Source: Deltaproteobacteria bacterium
Lineage (GTDB): Bacteria; Myxococcota_A; Polyangia; Fen-1088
Reading direction: 5' to 3'
NCBI GenBank assembly: GCA_033763315.1
Contig: JANRKS010000002.1
Span: forward strand, 352,001-416,000
Length of the DNA: 64,000 bases
The notes below the pieces were generated by a model. The model worked only from the letters and a program-made list of their open reading frames with translations. It ran no database searches and had not been told where the DNA came from. A program made the position numbers and the translations under genes. This document shows positions 37,470 through 47,158 of the stretch, piece by piece. Numbering within the stretch: the stretch's first letter is position 1; the number at the start of each line of letters is the position of its first letter.

Positions 37470-40400
37470 AACGCCCGCTTTTCACCATGACTTTGGCCTT
37501 GGCGCTTTGCGCCCCAGGGGCTCACACGGTGCGCGCCGCACGCTCTGTGTCGCAGCCCGCGGAGCAAGCGGGCGCGGATGCCACCATCGCTGCGAAAGCC
37601 ACCAAGGCCCCGGCGCCTTTATCGCCCGAAGTGGAAGCGCTTATTAAGCAGAAGGAGAGCGAAGCGGCCACCGCACGCCGTGAGGGCATCGACCTGCTTG
37701 AAAGCTATCTGCGGGACGCGCGCGATCCCGACGAAACCGCGGAGGTGCTTTACAAGCTGGCCGAGTTGGCTTGGGAAGAAGCGCAAGCCCAGTATTTGGC
37801 GGCGATGGGGCGATACGAGGCCGCCGTGGAAGCGTGCCGTGCCGACCGTGACGTTTGCAAAAACGTACCTCGCCGCCGGCCACGGTTGGATCTCAGCCGC
37901 GCTCAAGGCACCTACGGTCGCTTGGTGCGGGAGTTTCCGAAGTTCCGAAAGATCGATACGGTTCTTTACCTCTACGCGTTTTCGCTGCGGGAACAAAACA
38001 AGAACGACGAAGCGATTGGGTACTTCCAAAAGATCTTGCGCGATTTTCCCGCGTCGCGGTTCCGCGCGGATTCTTGGATGGCGCTGGGCGAATATCGCTT
38101 TTACGAGCGGCAAGACTACAAAGGCGCGTTGGCGGCCTACAACAACGTCAATAAGTTTCCAGGTTCGCCGCTTTATGGGCTGAGCTTGTTCAAGGCGGCT
38201 TGGTGCCACTGGAAGTTGGGGCAATCTGATCTTGCCGCCGCGCGCTTCAAAGACGTGCTTGATCTAACGGAGTCTGCGAAGAACAAAGGTGAAAAGGCGC
38301 GCAAACAGGCCGCGGAGTTGCAGGACCAAGCGCTTGAATATTTGGTTGAGTTGTTCATTGAGGATGACACCAAGAGCGCGCAAGACGCTTTCAACTTCCT
38401 GGTGCAAATCGGCGGCAATGCGTATTCCGAACGCGTGCTGAAGCGCTTGGCCGACACCGTTTATGATCAAACGCGGTACGAGCGGGCTGCCGAGGCATAC
38501 CTATTCTTGTTGGGTTTGGCACCGTTGGGCAAAGATGCCCCGGATCACCAAATTCGCGTGGTGGAGTGTTTTCAGGCGTTGGGCAAAAACGATCGCGCCG
38601 CCGCCGAGATGCGCCGCCTGGCCACGCAATACGGGCCGAACTCGGAGTGGGCCAAAGCGAATGCCGATCATCCCAAGACGTTGGAACGCACCCGTGCTCG
38701 TGCAGAGGAGTTTGTGCGCACCCACGTCAAGCGGCTGCACGCGCTGGCGCAGCGGAACGAAAAGGAATCCAAGGTCGTGGACAAAGAGCTTTATGCCCAA
38801 GCGGCAGAAGGCTACGGCTTTTATCTGGAGCAATTTCCGGGCGCCAAAGACGCCGTGGAGCTGCGCTATTACCGCGCGGACATCCTTTTTTTCAAGCTGC
38901 AGCGCTACAAAGAAGCCGGCACCGATTATTTGAGCGTAGGCAAATCCAAACCAGTGGGGCCTCTGCACAAGGACGCCCTGCTGCAAGCCATGGGGTCGTT
39001 CGAGAAGTTGAGACCTCCGGCGCCAAAAACGCTGCAAGAGAAGCAAAAACGTAAAGTGACCGACGAAGATCGCAAGTTTGCCGAAGCGGCCGACGTTTAT
39101 GCCGAGATTCTGCCCGACGACAAAGACATCATTACGGTCATCTACAAGAACGGGCAGTTCTTCTATGACTACGGCGATTACGATGAAGCCACCAAGCGCT
39201 TTGGCCTCATTGTCGAGAAGTATCCCAATGATCCCAACGCGGGGGCGGCAGGGGATCGTCTGCTTGAATGCCTTGCGGAAGCGAAGGACTACAAAAACAT
39301 CGAGACTTGGGCGCGCCGCCTCAAACGCGCCAAAGCATTCGCTTCAAAGGACGACCAAAGGCGCTTGGATGGTTTGATCTTCGCGGCGCTTAACAAGCAA
39401 GCCGAAGAATTGGTGAAGGACAAGCCAGCGGAGGCGGCCGCGCTGTTTGAGCGGGTGGCGAAAGAATTGCCGGCACAGGAAGGTGCGGCGGTGGCGCTGT
39501 TCAATGCAGGCGCCGCCTACGAACAAGCGGGCCGCCCAGACGCGGCGGTGGGCGCGTATGAGGGTGTGGCCGAAAAGTTTCCGCAATCGCCGCGTGCGCC
39601 CGAGGCGTTGTTTGTTGCCGCCAAACTTGACGAAAGCATTGGCGACTATAGTGGCGCTGCAGGGTTGTATGAGCAGGTGGCCAAGCATTACCCGTCATGG
39701 AACAAGCATGCCGAGGCCACGCGCAACGCAGGTATCTTGCGGCAGACGTTGGGCCAATACGACAAAGCGGCAGCGCACTTTACGGCCTACGAGCAACAAC
39801 ATAAGGGCACCGCGGACGCCCACGACGTGGCCTTTGCCCGTGCAGCGATGTACGAGGACAAAAAGGATGCAAAGCAAGCGGTCAAAGCGTTCGGTGAATT
39901 CGCAACGGCTTACCCGAAAGACGAGCGTGTGGTCGAAGCGCTTGTGCGGCAGGGGCGTGGCCACATCGCTTTGAAGAACGAGAAGAAGGCGAAAGAGGCG
40001 CTTGACGAGGCCGTGGCTGTATTTAAGCGGCGCAAGCAACCCAAAGAGCAGGCGTTGTTTGCGGCGGAGGCGCGGTATCTCCATGGCGAGCTGCTGTTCA
40101 GGAACTATGAAGATGTGAAGATCGAGGGCGGGCCGCGGCAGTTGAGCAAAGCTTTGGAGCGCAAAGCGGCTTTGTTGGATGAGGCGAAAACCGTGTTCAT
40201 GGATGTGCTTTCCTATAAGGTGCCGGAGTGGGCGACGGCCGCGTTGCTGCGCATCGGGCAGGGCTATGGTTTGTTTGCCAAAGCCATTCGGAACACCAAG
40301 GTGCCCGCGTCGCTCAGCGCGGCGGAACAAGAGGTTTACCGCGAAGAGCTGGATAAGTTCGTGATCGTCATCGAAGACAAAGCTTTGGCCGCTTATCGTA

Positions 40401-40579
40401 CGGGCTACACCAAAGCGTTGGAGATTGGCGTCTACAACAGGCATACGCGCGCTTTGCGGCAGGCGTTGTCGGATCTAGATGGCACAGCCTTTCCGGCTGA
40501 GCCCGAAATCCGCTTGGGGCCACAGGTCAGTGAAACCACAGACGTGCCCGTGGTGATGCAGGAGATTCGACGTGATTAG
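37466..40579 (+). CDS. gltD: Large TPR protein, GltD/AgmU-like
   Basis: ATGA overlap with the previous gene; signal peptide; more than 1000 aa of TPRs; C-terminal WATAALLRIG...VPASLS...YREEL. Confidence 0.75.
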   Translation: MKRPLFTMTLALALCAPGAHTVRAARSVSQPAEQAGADATIAAKATKAPAPLSPEVEALIKQKESEAATARREGIDLLESYLRDARDPDETAEVLYKLAELAWEEAQAQYLAAMGRYEAAVEACRADRDVCKNVPRRRPRLDLSRAQGTYGRLVREFPKFRKIDTVLYLYAFSLREQNKNDEAIGYFQKILRDFPASRFRADSWMALGEYRFYERQDYKGALAAYNNVNKFPGSPLYGLSLFKAAWCHWKLGQSDLAAARFKDVLDLTESAKNKGEKARKQAAELQDQALEYLVELFIEDDTKSAQDAFNFLVQIGGNAYSERVLKRLADTVYDQTRYERAAEAYLFLLGLAPLGKDAPDHQIRVVECFQALGKNDRAAAEMRRLATQYGPNSEWAKANADHPKTLERTRARAEEFVRTHVKRLHALAQRNEKESKVVDKELYAQAAEGYGFYLEQFPGAKDAVELRYYRADILFFKLQRYKEAGTDYLSVGKSKPVGPLHKDALLQAMGSFEKLRPPAPKTLQEKQKRKVTDEDRKFAEAADVYAEILPDDKDIITVIYKNGQFFYDYGDYDEATKRFGLIVEKYPNDPNAGAAGDRLLECLAEAKDYKNIETWARRLKRAKAFASKDDQRRLDGLIFAALNKQAEELVKDKPAEAAALFERVAKELPAQEGAAVALFNAGAAYEQAGRPDAAVGAYEGVAEKFPQSPRAPEALFVAAKLDESIGDYSGAAGLYEQVAKHYPSWNKHAEATRNAGILRQTLGQYDKAAAHFTAYEQQHKGTADAHDVAFARAAMYEDKKDAKQAVKAFGEFATAYPKDERVVEALVRQGRGHIALKNEKKAKEALDEAVAVFKRRKQPKEQALFAAEARYLHGELLFRNYEDVKIEGGPRQLSKALERKAALLDEAKTVFMDVLSYKVPEWATAALLRIGQGYGLFAKAIRNTKVPASLSAAEQEVYREELDKFVIVIEDKALAAYRTGYTKALEIGVYNRHTRALRQALSDLDGTAFPAEPEIRLGPQVSETTDVPVVMQEIRRD

Positions 40580-41678
40580 TCGCTTGCGAAAGAGCGTTTG
40601 TGTTGGCCTGCTGACCGCGTGGGTTGGCGCGTGCGGTGGCGGGCCACCCGTCAAGCCCGGTGGTGGCATCAAAGCCGCTGAAGTTCCGAACGCGGTGCCC
40701 GCCGCGCAATTGGCCTTCGAAGAGGGCATGCGGCAATTCGCCCTGGGGCCCAAGGGGTGGCCCGCGGCCAAAGAGTCGCTGGGCAAAGCCGTCAAGCAAG
40801 ACAAGAATCTGTACGAAGCCTGGCACAACATTGGCGTGATAGAGGGCAACCTTGGTGATTGGAGCGCCGCTGCGGAGGCGTTTGAAAGTGCCTTGGCGGT
40901 GCAACCGGCATCGCGGCCATCGTTGTTGGGGCTGGGACACGCGCTCGTCAAAACCGGCCGCGCGGACAAAGCACAGAAGGTCTACAAAGCTTGGCTGAAA
41001 GCCGACCCGACGGATCGGCAAGTGAGGTTTGCGTACGTGGCAGCGCTGCGCGACGGGGGCGAAGGGGCGCAAGCACTGGAAGAGGTGCGGGCGCTGTTGG
41101 CAAAAAACAGCCACGACGTCGAAGCCTTCAATGCGCTTGGCTTGGTTTACAAAAAGATGAAGCGTTGGGCGTTGGCCAACACGGCGTTTCGGCGCGCGCT
41201 GGAGCTTGATGCGAAGGCGGCTTATGTGTGGAACAACTTGGGGCTACTGGCGCTTGAGCAAGGCGACGACGTGGAAGCGTTTGCGGACTTTCGGAAGGCC
41301 ACAGAGATTGACAGTGGCTTCGTGGTGTCGCTGTTGAACCAGGCGGTGGTGTATTTGGACAGCGGCGCCTACGACAAAGCGTTATCGGCGCTCGAGCAAG
41401 CGGCCAAATCAAAGCCCGACAATCCCGACATACATGTAGCGATGGGTGTGGCCTTGCGGGGCCTCAAGCGGTTCGACGATGCCGTGACATCTTATAATCG
41501 CGCACTGGACCTACATCCAGACTACCCTCCGGCGCTCTATAATTTGGGCGTCCTTTACATGGACCACAAGGAAGACCCACCCAAAGCGAAAACGGCGTTG
41601 GTTCAGTTTGCCAAAGTGGCGCCTGCAAAAGACCCCAAACGTGAAGACGTGAAGATGCGTTTAAGGATGCTCAAGTGA
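40572..41678 (+). CDS. gltE: TPR lipoprotein, GltE/AglT-like
   Basis: Lipobox VGAC; canonical TPRs (AWHNIGV, AFNALGL, VWNNLGL, ALYNLGVLY); synteny after gltD-like. Confidence 0.72.
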   Translation: MISRLRKSVCVGLLTAWVGACGGGPPVKPGGGIKAAEVPNAVPAAQLAFEEGMRQFALGPKGWPAAKESLGKAVKQDKNLYEAWHNIGVIEGNLGDWSAAAEAFESALAVQPASRPSLLGLGHALVKTGRADKAQKVYKAWLKADPTDRQVRFAYVAALRDGGEGAQALEEVRALLAKNSHDVEAFNALGLVYKKMKRWALANTAFRRALELDAKAAYVWNNLGLLALEQGDDVEAFADFRKATEIDSGFVVSLLNQAVVYLDSGAYDKALSALEQAAKSKPDNPDIHVAMGVALRGLKRFDDAVTSYNRALDLHPDYPPALYNLGVLYMDHKEDPPKAKTALVQFAKVAPAKDPKREDVKMRLRMLK

Positions 41679-42025
41679 AGGCGGCAATCATCTGTTTCGT
41701 GTTGGTCGTGGGCCTGTTGTCAGCGGGCCACGGCGCCGTTGCGGCAGACAAAGCCAACAAGAGCGCGCCTGGCGCTGCCAAGGCAGACGCCAAACGAGCG
41801 GAGCCTCAGGCAGCGGGTGCCGACGATGGTGGCGAGACGACGAAGGTGGAGGGCAAGAAGGCCAAGGTCTTGACCTTTGGTGCGATGGACGTCGAAGGCA
41901 AGATGCGTACGCCGCAGTTGTTGTTCTTCGTAGGCCGCGTGAAGGCTGAACTTGATTCAACCTCGCAACTCAAACGTTCGTTCATCAAAGAGTTGAAGGC
42001 AACGTCGAAGGAGAAAGGCCTTTGA
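41675..42025 (+). CDS. gltF: Small secreted GltF/CglF-like protein
   Basis: Signal peptide; LTFGAMDVEGKMRTPQ...RSFIKEL motif; positioned between gltE-like and gltG-like, with GTGA overlap. Confidence 0.65.
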   Translation: MKAAIICFVLVVGLLSAGHGAVAADKANKSAPGAAKADAKRAEPQAAGADDGGETTKVEGKKAKVLTFGAMDVEGKMRTPQLLFFVGRVKAELDSTSQLKRSFIKELKATSKEKGL

Positions 42026-43392
42026 GTGTGGTGACGACGCAGTTGCAGGTTGTGTGTAGCTGGCAACGCCGCTTGCTGGGCTACCACTTGCTTGGCCCTA
42101 AGGGCAGCTTCTCGGCGGGGCCGTCAAAACGCGCGCAGCTCAAGTGCCCTCAGTTTATCGGCGCGCGCAAACGTCTGGTGATCGTGCGTCCGGGCCGCAA
42201 TGGTTACAGGCTGCGTTTGGCCCCGGGCATGACCGGCTACGTGGAACAGCCGGGCGAAGGGCGCCAAGACATCACTCAGCTTCTGGCGCAGCCGATCAAG
42301 GGCAAGTCGCCCTTGCGAACCGTTCCGTTTGCCGTGGGCGCGGCCGCCGTGATCCAGATCGACGGCGCCGCTGGTTTGAAGCTGCAGCTGTCGTTCGTTG
42401 AGCCACCGCCAGCGGTGGGCAAGCGCACCTCAGATGATCGTTTGCCGTTTTACCGCCGCGTTTTGCTCGCGACGTCCGTTTCGCTGGCCGTGCTCGTGGC
42501 CGCGCTCGTGATATGGGGACCACGCACGGATCAAGACGAGAACATCACACAAGAGCGGTTCGCCAAGCTTGTGGAGCCCGAACTACAAAAGCCCGAAACG
42601 AAACAGGCGCGCGACGACGTAAAGAAGCACGGCGAAAAGAAGAAGCGCGACAAAGAAGCGGCCGAATCAAAACGCGCGAAGGACAAAGAGGGCAAGCTTG
42701 GCCGTCAAGATGCCAAAGGCGAAACGGTGATGCCTAAAGGCAATAAAGACGTTTTGCGCGAGAAGGTGTCGCAGGTGGGCGTGTTGTCTCTTTTGGGCAA
42801 AGCGAAGGCGGGCGGCTCTGGTTTGGGCAAGCTGTTGGCGGAAGCGAACCCCACCGACATGGAACAAGCGGTGACGGGCCTCACCGGCGGCCAGGTGGCC
42901 GTGGGCAAGGGTTCCGGCGGGTTGGGTGCCGCGGGCACTGGTTTGGGGGGAGGCGGCACGGGCTTTGGCCACATTCAAGGCTCGGGCGGGCTGGATGTGG
43001 GGGCCGGACGTGGGCACGGACGCAAAGGTCCGGGGCTTGGCACGGGCAAAGAAAAGACTGTGTCGGTTGGATTAAGCACAGGCGATCCAGACGCTGATGG
43101 TGGCCTCACCAAGGAGCAGATCAGCCGCGTTGTGTCTGCACACAAGGCAGCGTTGAAGTATTGCTATGAAAAAGAACTGCAGCGTAAGCCCAGCCTTGAA
43201 GGCAAGGTTGAGCTTTACTGGATGATTCGTGCCACCGGCGAAGTTGAACGCGTGAAGATCGCCACCTCGACGATGGGTGACGCCGAAGTTGAAGCCTGCA
43301 TGCAACGGCAGGTGAAGAATTGGCAGTTCCCCAAAGCGACGGCGCCCACCATCGTGCAACGTTACCCGTTTTTGTTTAAGGGAGGCGCGTGA
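42022..43392 (+). CDS. gltG: GltG/PglI-like membrane protein with TonB-C-like domain
   Basis: TM, charged helix (KAKDKEGKLG-like), Gly-rich tract, GGLTKEQISRVV...KYCYE...LEGKV...NWQFP...YPFLF. Confidence 0.82.
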   Translation: MSVVTTQLQVVCSWQRRLLGYHLLGPKGSFSAGPSKRAQLKCPQFIGARKRLVIVRPGRNGYRLRLAPGMTGYVEQPGEGRQDITQLLAQPIKGKSPLRTVPFAVGAAAVIQIDGAAGLKLQLSFVEPPPAVGKRTSDDRLPFYRRVLLATSVSLAVLVAALVIWGPRTDQDENITQERFAKLVEPELQKPETKQARDDVKKHGEKKKRDKEAAESKRAKDKEGKLGRQDAKGETVMPKGNKDVLREKVSQVGVLSLLGKAKAGGSGLGKLLAEANPTDMEQAVTGLTGGQVAVGKGSGGLGAAGTGLGGGGTGFGHIQGSGGLDVGAGRGHGRKGPGLGTGKEKTVSVGLSTGDPDADGGLTKEQISRVVSAHKAALKYCYEKELQRKPSLEGKVELYWMIRATGEVERVKIATSTMGDAEVEACMQRQVKNWQFPKATAPTIVQRYPFLFKGGA

Positions 43393-44387
43393 TGAAACCT
43401 ACCACCAAGTTGGCGTTGTTCACCCTGGCGTTGGGATGCACGTCGAATTCGCCAAAATATTTTGCGCCGCCCAAGCCGCTTGAAACCACCGACATGATGG
43501 CGTCGGCCACGGCCACGATCGAGTTGCCGTTCCGCCAGCCCACCGAGAACGAGCGCAAGCTCTTGCAGGAGGAAGGCAAAAAGCTGGGCTTCGGCGTGCC
43601 TTACTTGCAACGCGAAGACGTAGACGTTTCTGTGCAATACACGATCACCAATCTTTCGGATCAGCCTGGCGAAGCGAAGGTCACCATCAATGGCGCCGAC
43701 GAATTCACGGCCTATGATCTAGCGGCCATTCAGATGTATGTGGGCACCTTGATGTTGCCCCCAGATGCCGATCCGCCGACGTTGTTGTCGCTTTACGAGA
43801 CCACGAAAGTCGTTGTCCCCGCCAAAGGTAAGATCACCGGCAACATTCGCGAGGATGACATTTTGGAAGTCGATCGCGATCTGGATGCGATGGGGCGCTT
43901 TAAAGCGCCTTACCTTACGGTGCTGCTGAACGATTCCACGGCCAATCCGATGGGCATGGAGATGGTGCCGAAGAACGTGAAGTTGCCGCAGCTGTGGAAA
44001 ATAATCGTGACGTTTACGGCATCCACAAAGATGCGGCTCGACTTTTTGGTGCGTGTCCGCGATCAAAAGAACCTATTGGCCGAGGGTGACGAACCGCTTT
44101 TCAAGCCGAGCCCTAAAGCGTTCATGCCCACCATCGCGGGCGCGGTGCCAATCATGCCCGACATGATGAACATGGGTGGTGCACCAGGCATGGGTGGCGC
44201 ACCCGGCATGGGCGGCATGAACGCGGGCGGCTCGCCAGGCACGGGAGGCATGAACATGGGGGGGGCGCCCGGCACGGGCGGCAGCAAAGGTACGGGCGGA
44301 GCCCCTGGTACCGGCGGCATGTCCAACATGGGTGGTATGCCCAACACAGGTGGGGCCATGGCTTCGATGGATGCAGGCGTTGATTGA
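43392..44387 (+). CDS. Hypothetical lipoprotein with Met/Gly/Pro repeat tail
   Basis: RBS GGAGG, lipobox ALGC; C-terminal MGGAPG/GGAPGTGG repeats. Confidence 0.8.
   Translation: MKPTTKLALFTLALGCTSNSPKYFAPPKPLETTDMMASATATIELPFRQPTENERKLLQEEGKKLGFGVPYLQREDVDVSVQYTITNLSDQPGEAKVTINGADEFTAYDLAAIQMYVGTLMLPPDADPPTLLSLYETTKVVVPAKGKITGNIREDDILEVDRDLDAMGRFKAPYLTVLLNDSTANPMGMEMVPKNVKLPQLWKIIVTFTASTKMRLDFLVRVRDQKNLLAEGDEPLFKPSPKAFMPTIAGAVPIMPDMMNMGGAPGMGGAPGMGGMNAGGSPGTGGMNMGGAPGTGGSKGTGGAPGTGGMSNMGGMPNTGGAMASMDAGVD
44166..44360 (+). repeat. Coding low-complexity repeat (MGGAPG / GTGG units)
   Basis: Degenerate 18-nt units such as ATGGGTGGTGCACCAGGC and ATGGGTGGCGCACCCGGC. Confidence 0.75.
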
Positions 44388-44432
44388 TAAATCTGCGGCC
44401 AATGCGGTTACACTGAGCGCGTGCGGTTGCCT

Positions 44433-45044
44433 ATGGCTTTGAACTTCGCCTCGCGCGGTTGCGCTGCGGCCCTCCTGGTGTTGTTGTGTGTGCCGCCCGT
44501 GCACGCGCAGATCACGGAAGAGCCCGTGGCGCCTTTGCCAGATCCAAAAAAGTTTGCACACGGCGTGTTCGTGGATGCGGGCCTGGGTGCGTTCGTACTT
44601 TTAGGCAAGGCAGACGCGGTGGGCAGTGGCCCCGCGATCAGTGGCAGGGTCGGGTATGATTTGTTTCGGTTGCTGGCGGTGCAATTGCACGTGGCGGGCT
44701 CCACGCACCGCACGGATTTCGGTGCCGCTCCGCAATCGGGGCAGTTGCTGCAGGTCTACCAAACCACCGCTGAACTCAAGCTGACCGTTCCGATTCGCCA
44801 AGTGTCTGTGTACGCGTTCGGTGGCGCCGGCTTTGCGTTTTTCTCGACAAATATCTTGGGCACCACAGGGCTCACAACCAAAGACAAAACGAGCAGCCTC
44901 GTTTACGGCGGTGGGTTGGGTTTGGACTATCATCTGTTGTCGCGGCATTTCAGCTTTGGTCTAGAAGCCAGCTTCGCGAAAATTCAAGAGGTTCAGACCA
45001 CGGGGGGCATTCTTTCCACCGCGTACGTTCGCTACGCGTTCTGA
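44433..45044 (+). CDS. gltH: Outer-membrane beta-barrel protein, CglE/GltH-like
   Basis: Signal peptide ending VHA, about 8 amphipathic strands, terminal YVRYAF; synteny downstream of gltG-like. Confidence 0.6.
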   Translation: MALNFASRGCAAALLVLLCVPPVHAQITEEPVAPLPDPKKFAHGVFVDAGLGAFVLLGKADAVGSGPAISGRVGYDLFRLLAVQLHVAGSTHRTDFGAAPQSGQLLQVYQTTAELKLTVPIRQVSVYAFGGAGFAFFSTNILGTTGLTTKDKTSSLVYGGGLGLDYHLLSRHFSFGLEASFAKIQEVQTTGGILSTAYVRYAF

Positions 45045-45104
45045 TTTGTAACCGTTGCCGTTGGCAGGCATCCAGATAGGACGCGTGCTAGCTACACGAA
45101 GCTT

Positions 45105-46061
45105 ATGGCCACGACCGTTCCCTTCATTGTTCTCACGGGCTTTCTTGGCGCCGGGAAAACCACATTGCTGAACCGCATTTTGGCGGCCCAGCATCAACGC
45201 CGTGTGGCGGTGATCGTCAATGAGCTTGGGCGCATCGACATTGACGGCAAGCTGCTCAAGAGCCGCTCGGGTGATGTGGTTGAGTTGGTGGGCGGCTGCG
45301 TGTGCCACGAGCTCACGACCCAGGAAGAGCTGTGGGGCGGCCTCGCGGAGGTTGTCAACCGGTCGCAGCCAGAAGTGATCGTGCTTGAGACCACGGGCAT
45401 CGCCGAGCCGCGGCCGATTGTGGAAGGTCTCGAGGCGTTGCCCGCGGACGATCGCTTGGTGCACCCGGCCGGCGTTGTCACGGTGGTTGATGCCACGGCG
45501 GGTTTGGCGCAGTTAGAGCGCTACACCGAGGCGCGCGAACAGGCCCACGATGCCGACCGCATTCTCATCTCCAAGCTTGATGTGGCCCACAACGCCGAGA
45601 TTGCTCTTCTGCATGAGCGCTTGATTGCTTTGAACGACGAAGCCGAGCGCGCGAGCTTTCCGCACACCAACGAAGGCACAGCTGAGCTTGTGCCGTGGTT
45701 GTTGACCGCAGGTGTGCCCCGCATTTTGCGCCACAAGCACCCGCACACGCATCACCACCACAGCCGCCAGTTGGCGGCGGCCAGTTATGTGGACGACGCC
45801 CCTTTGCTGCGGGAGCCGCTGATGGCGCTGCTGCAAAAGTGGGGGCCGGGTTTGGTGCGTGTGAAAGGTTTCGTGAACATTCACGGCGAAGATCGGCGCG
45901 GTTTCCTTGAACGTGCAGGCACGCACACGGGCCTGCGTTTTGACAGCGCTTGGCCCGCTGGCGTGCGCCGCAACGAACTTGTGTTCATAGGCGAAGACTT
46001 AGATCCCGCCGCCGTTCGCCGCCAACTGTGGGCGTGCCGCGCTGTGGGTCATGATTCATGA
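45105..46061 (+). CDS. COG0523/CobW-family metallochaperone GTPase
   Basis: LTGFLGAGKTTLLN, IVNELG, GGCVCH, ETTGIAEP, SKLD, His-rich HKHPHTHHHH, RVKG, LVFIG. Confidence 0.93.
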   Translation: MATTVPFIVLTGFLGAGKTTLLNRILAAQHQRRVAVIVNELGRIDIDGKLLKSRSGDVVELVGGCVCHELTTQEELWGGLAEVVNRSQPEVIVLETTGIAEPRPIVEGLEALPADDRLVHPAGVVTVVDATAGLAQLERYTEAREQAHDADRILISKLDVAHNAEIALLHERLIALNDEAERASFPHTNEGTAELVPWLLTAGVPRILRHKHPHTHHHHSRQLAAASYVDDAPLLREPLMALLQKWGPGLVRVKGFVNIHGEDRRGFLERAGTHTGLRFDSAWPAGVRRNELVFIGEDLDPAAVRRQLWACRAVGHDS

Positions 46062-47008
46062 ACGACGAACCTGTCGCGCCCGCGCAAGAGTCGCCGTTGC
46101 CTGTGGTTCGCCACAGCACGATGCGCGGGGCGATCGAAGCTTGGTCTTTGGTGCTTTCCTCGCAAGGCATCAGCCACCACATCGTTGAACGCGCGGTGGT
46201 GGAGGAAGGCAGCGCGCCCTTGCGCTTTACCCAACAGTATTTGTTGGTGGTGCAGCCTCAGCATTTGCGGCGCGCCGCCGTGGCCTTGGCTCGCACCGAT
46301 GCGGAAGACGCCGAACGCGCGCGCACACCTGACGCCCCGCCGCCCGATCGCGGCCTCTCAATGGGCCCGATTGTGGTGTGCATCGCTTTGGCTGCGTTTT
46401 TCTTGATCAGTGGCCCGCGCGTCGGCAGCTCGCACTGGTTTGCCACGGGCAGCTCAGACGCCACGGCGATCTTGAAAGGTGCCTGGTACCGTGCGGCCAC
46501 GGGATTGACCCTGCACGCGGACGCGATGCACCTGCTTGGCAACATCGCAGCGATGTTGATCTTCTTGGGCGCCGCCTCACGCTGGCTGGGTGGTGGCGTG
46601 GCATTCACACTTACGTTGCTCGCGGGCTTCCTGGGCAACCTCGCCACAGCGGCTTTTTATGGGGGGCACCACAACTCGGTGGGTGCTTCAACGGCCACGT
46701 TTGCTGCTTTGGGGATTCTTGGCGGGCTGCAGGCCCGGCACCGCGTGAAGTTTGGTTGGTGGCATCGCAGCAACCGCATCGGACGCATGTGGCGAGCCGT
46801 GGCAGCGTGTTTGGCTTTGTTCGCAATGCTGGGCGTGGGAGGCCCCGAAGTGGATATGTTGGCCCACGCCACGGGCCTGGCTTGGGGGCTGGTGTTGGGT
46901 TTGGCCGCCGCGTTCCTGCCCCCGTTCAAAACGTGGGGCAACGTGGTTTGGGGTGCGGCCGGCGCCGTCTTTGTGGTGTTTTGCTGGGCGCGCGCGATGT
47001 TCGGTTGA
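46058..47008 (+). CDS. Rhomboid family intramembrane serine protease
   Basis: WYR, LHADAMHLLGN, catalytic VGAS and AHATG; ATGA overlap with the CobW gene. Confidence 0.9.
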   Translation: MNDEPVAPAQESPLPVVRHSTMRGAIEAWSLVLSSQGISHHIVERAVVEEGSAPLRFTQQYLLVVQPQHLRRAAVALARTDAEDAERARTPDAPPPDRGLSMGPIVVCIALAAFFLISGPRVGSSHWFATGSSDATAILKGAWYRAATGLTLHADAMHLLGNIAAMLIFLGAASRWLGGGVAFTLTLLAGFLGNLATAAFYGGHHNSVGASTATFAALGILGGLQARHRVKFGWWHRSNRIGRMWRAVAACLALFAMLGVGGPEVDMLAHATGLAWGLVLGLAAAFLPPFKTWGNVVWGAAGAVFVVFCWARAMFG

Positions 47009-47048
47009 GGCTTCGCGGTTGAGGCTCCGCGGTTGAGGCTCCGGTTGA
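47002..47048 (+). repeat. 14-bp tandem repeat (about 3.4 copies)
   Basis: CGGTTGAGGCTTCG / CGGTTGAGGCTCCG / CGGTTGAGGCTC / CGGTTGA; the first copy contains the rhomboid stop codon. Confidence 0.9.
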
Positions 47049-47158
47049 TTGATTCGAAGGGAGTTGCGCGTCTCGGGTGGCGCCACTTTACGCGGCGAAA
47101 AAACATCTGTGCGGCAGACCCACAAAGGGCGACGTTTGCGCGTACAATAGCTGCGGGC

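Noticed and set aside
44258-44265. G8 tract (and C8 at 59189-59196) as phase-variation sites
   Set aside because: Short, in-frame Gly codon runs expected in GC-rich genes.
47002-47048. Possible CRISPR-like repeat
   Set aside because: Contiguous 14-bp units without spacers, and no cas genes in the window.
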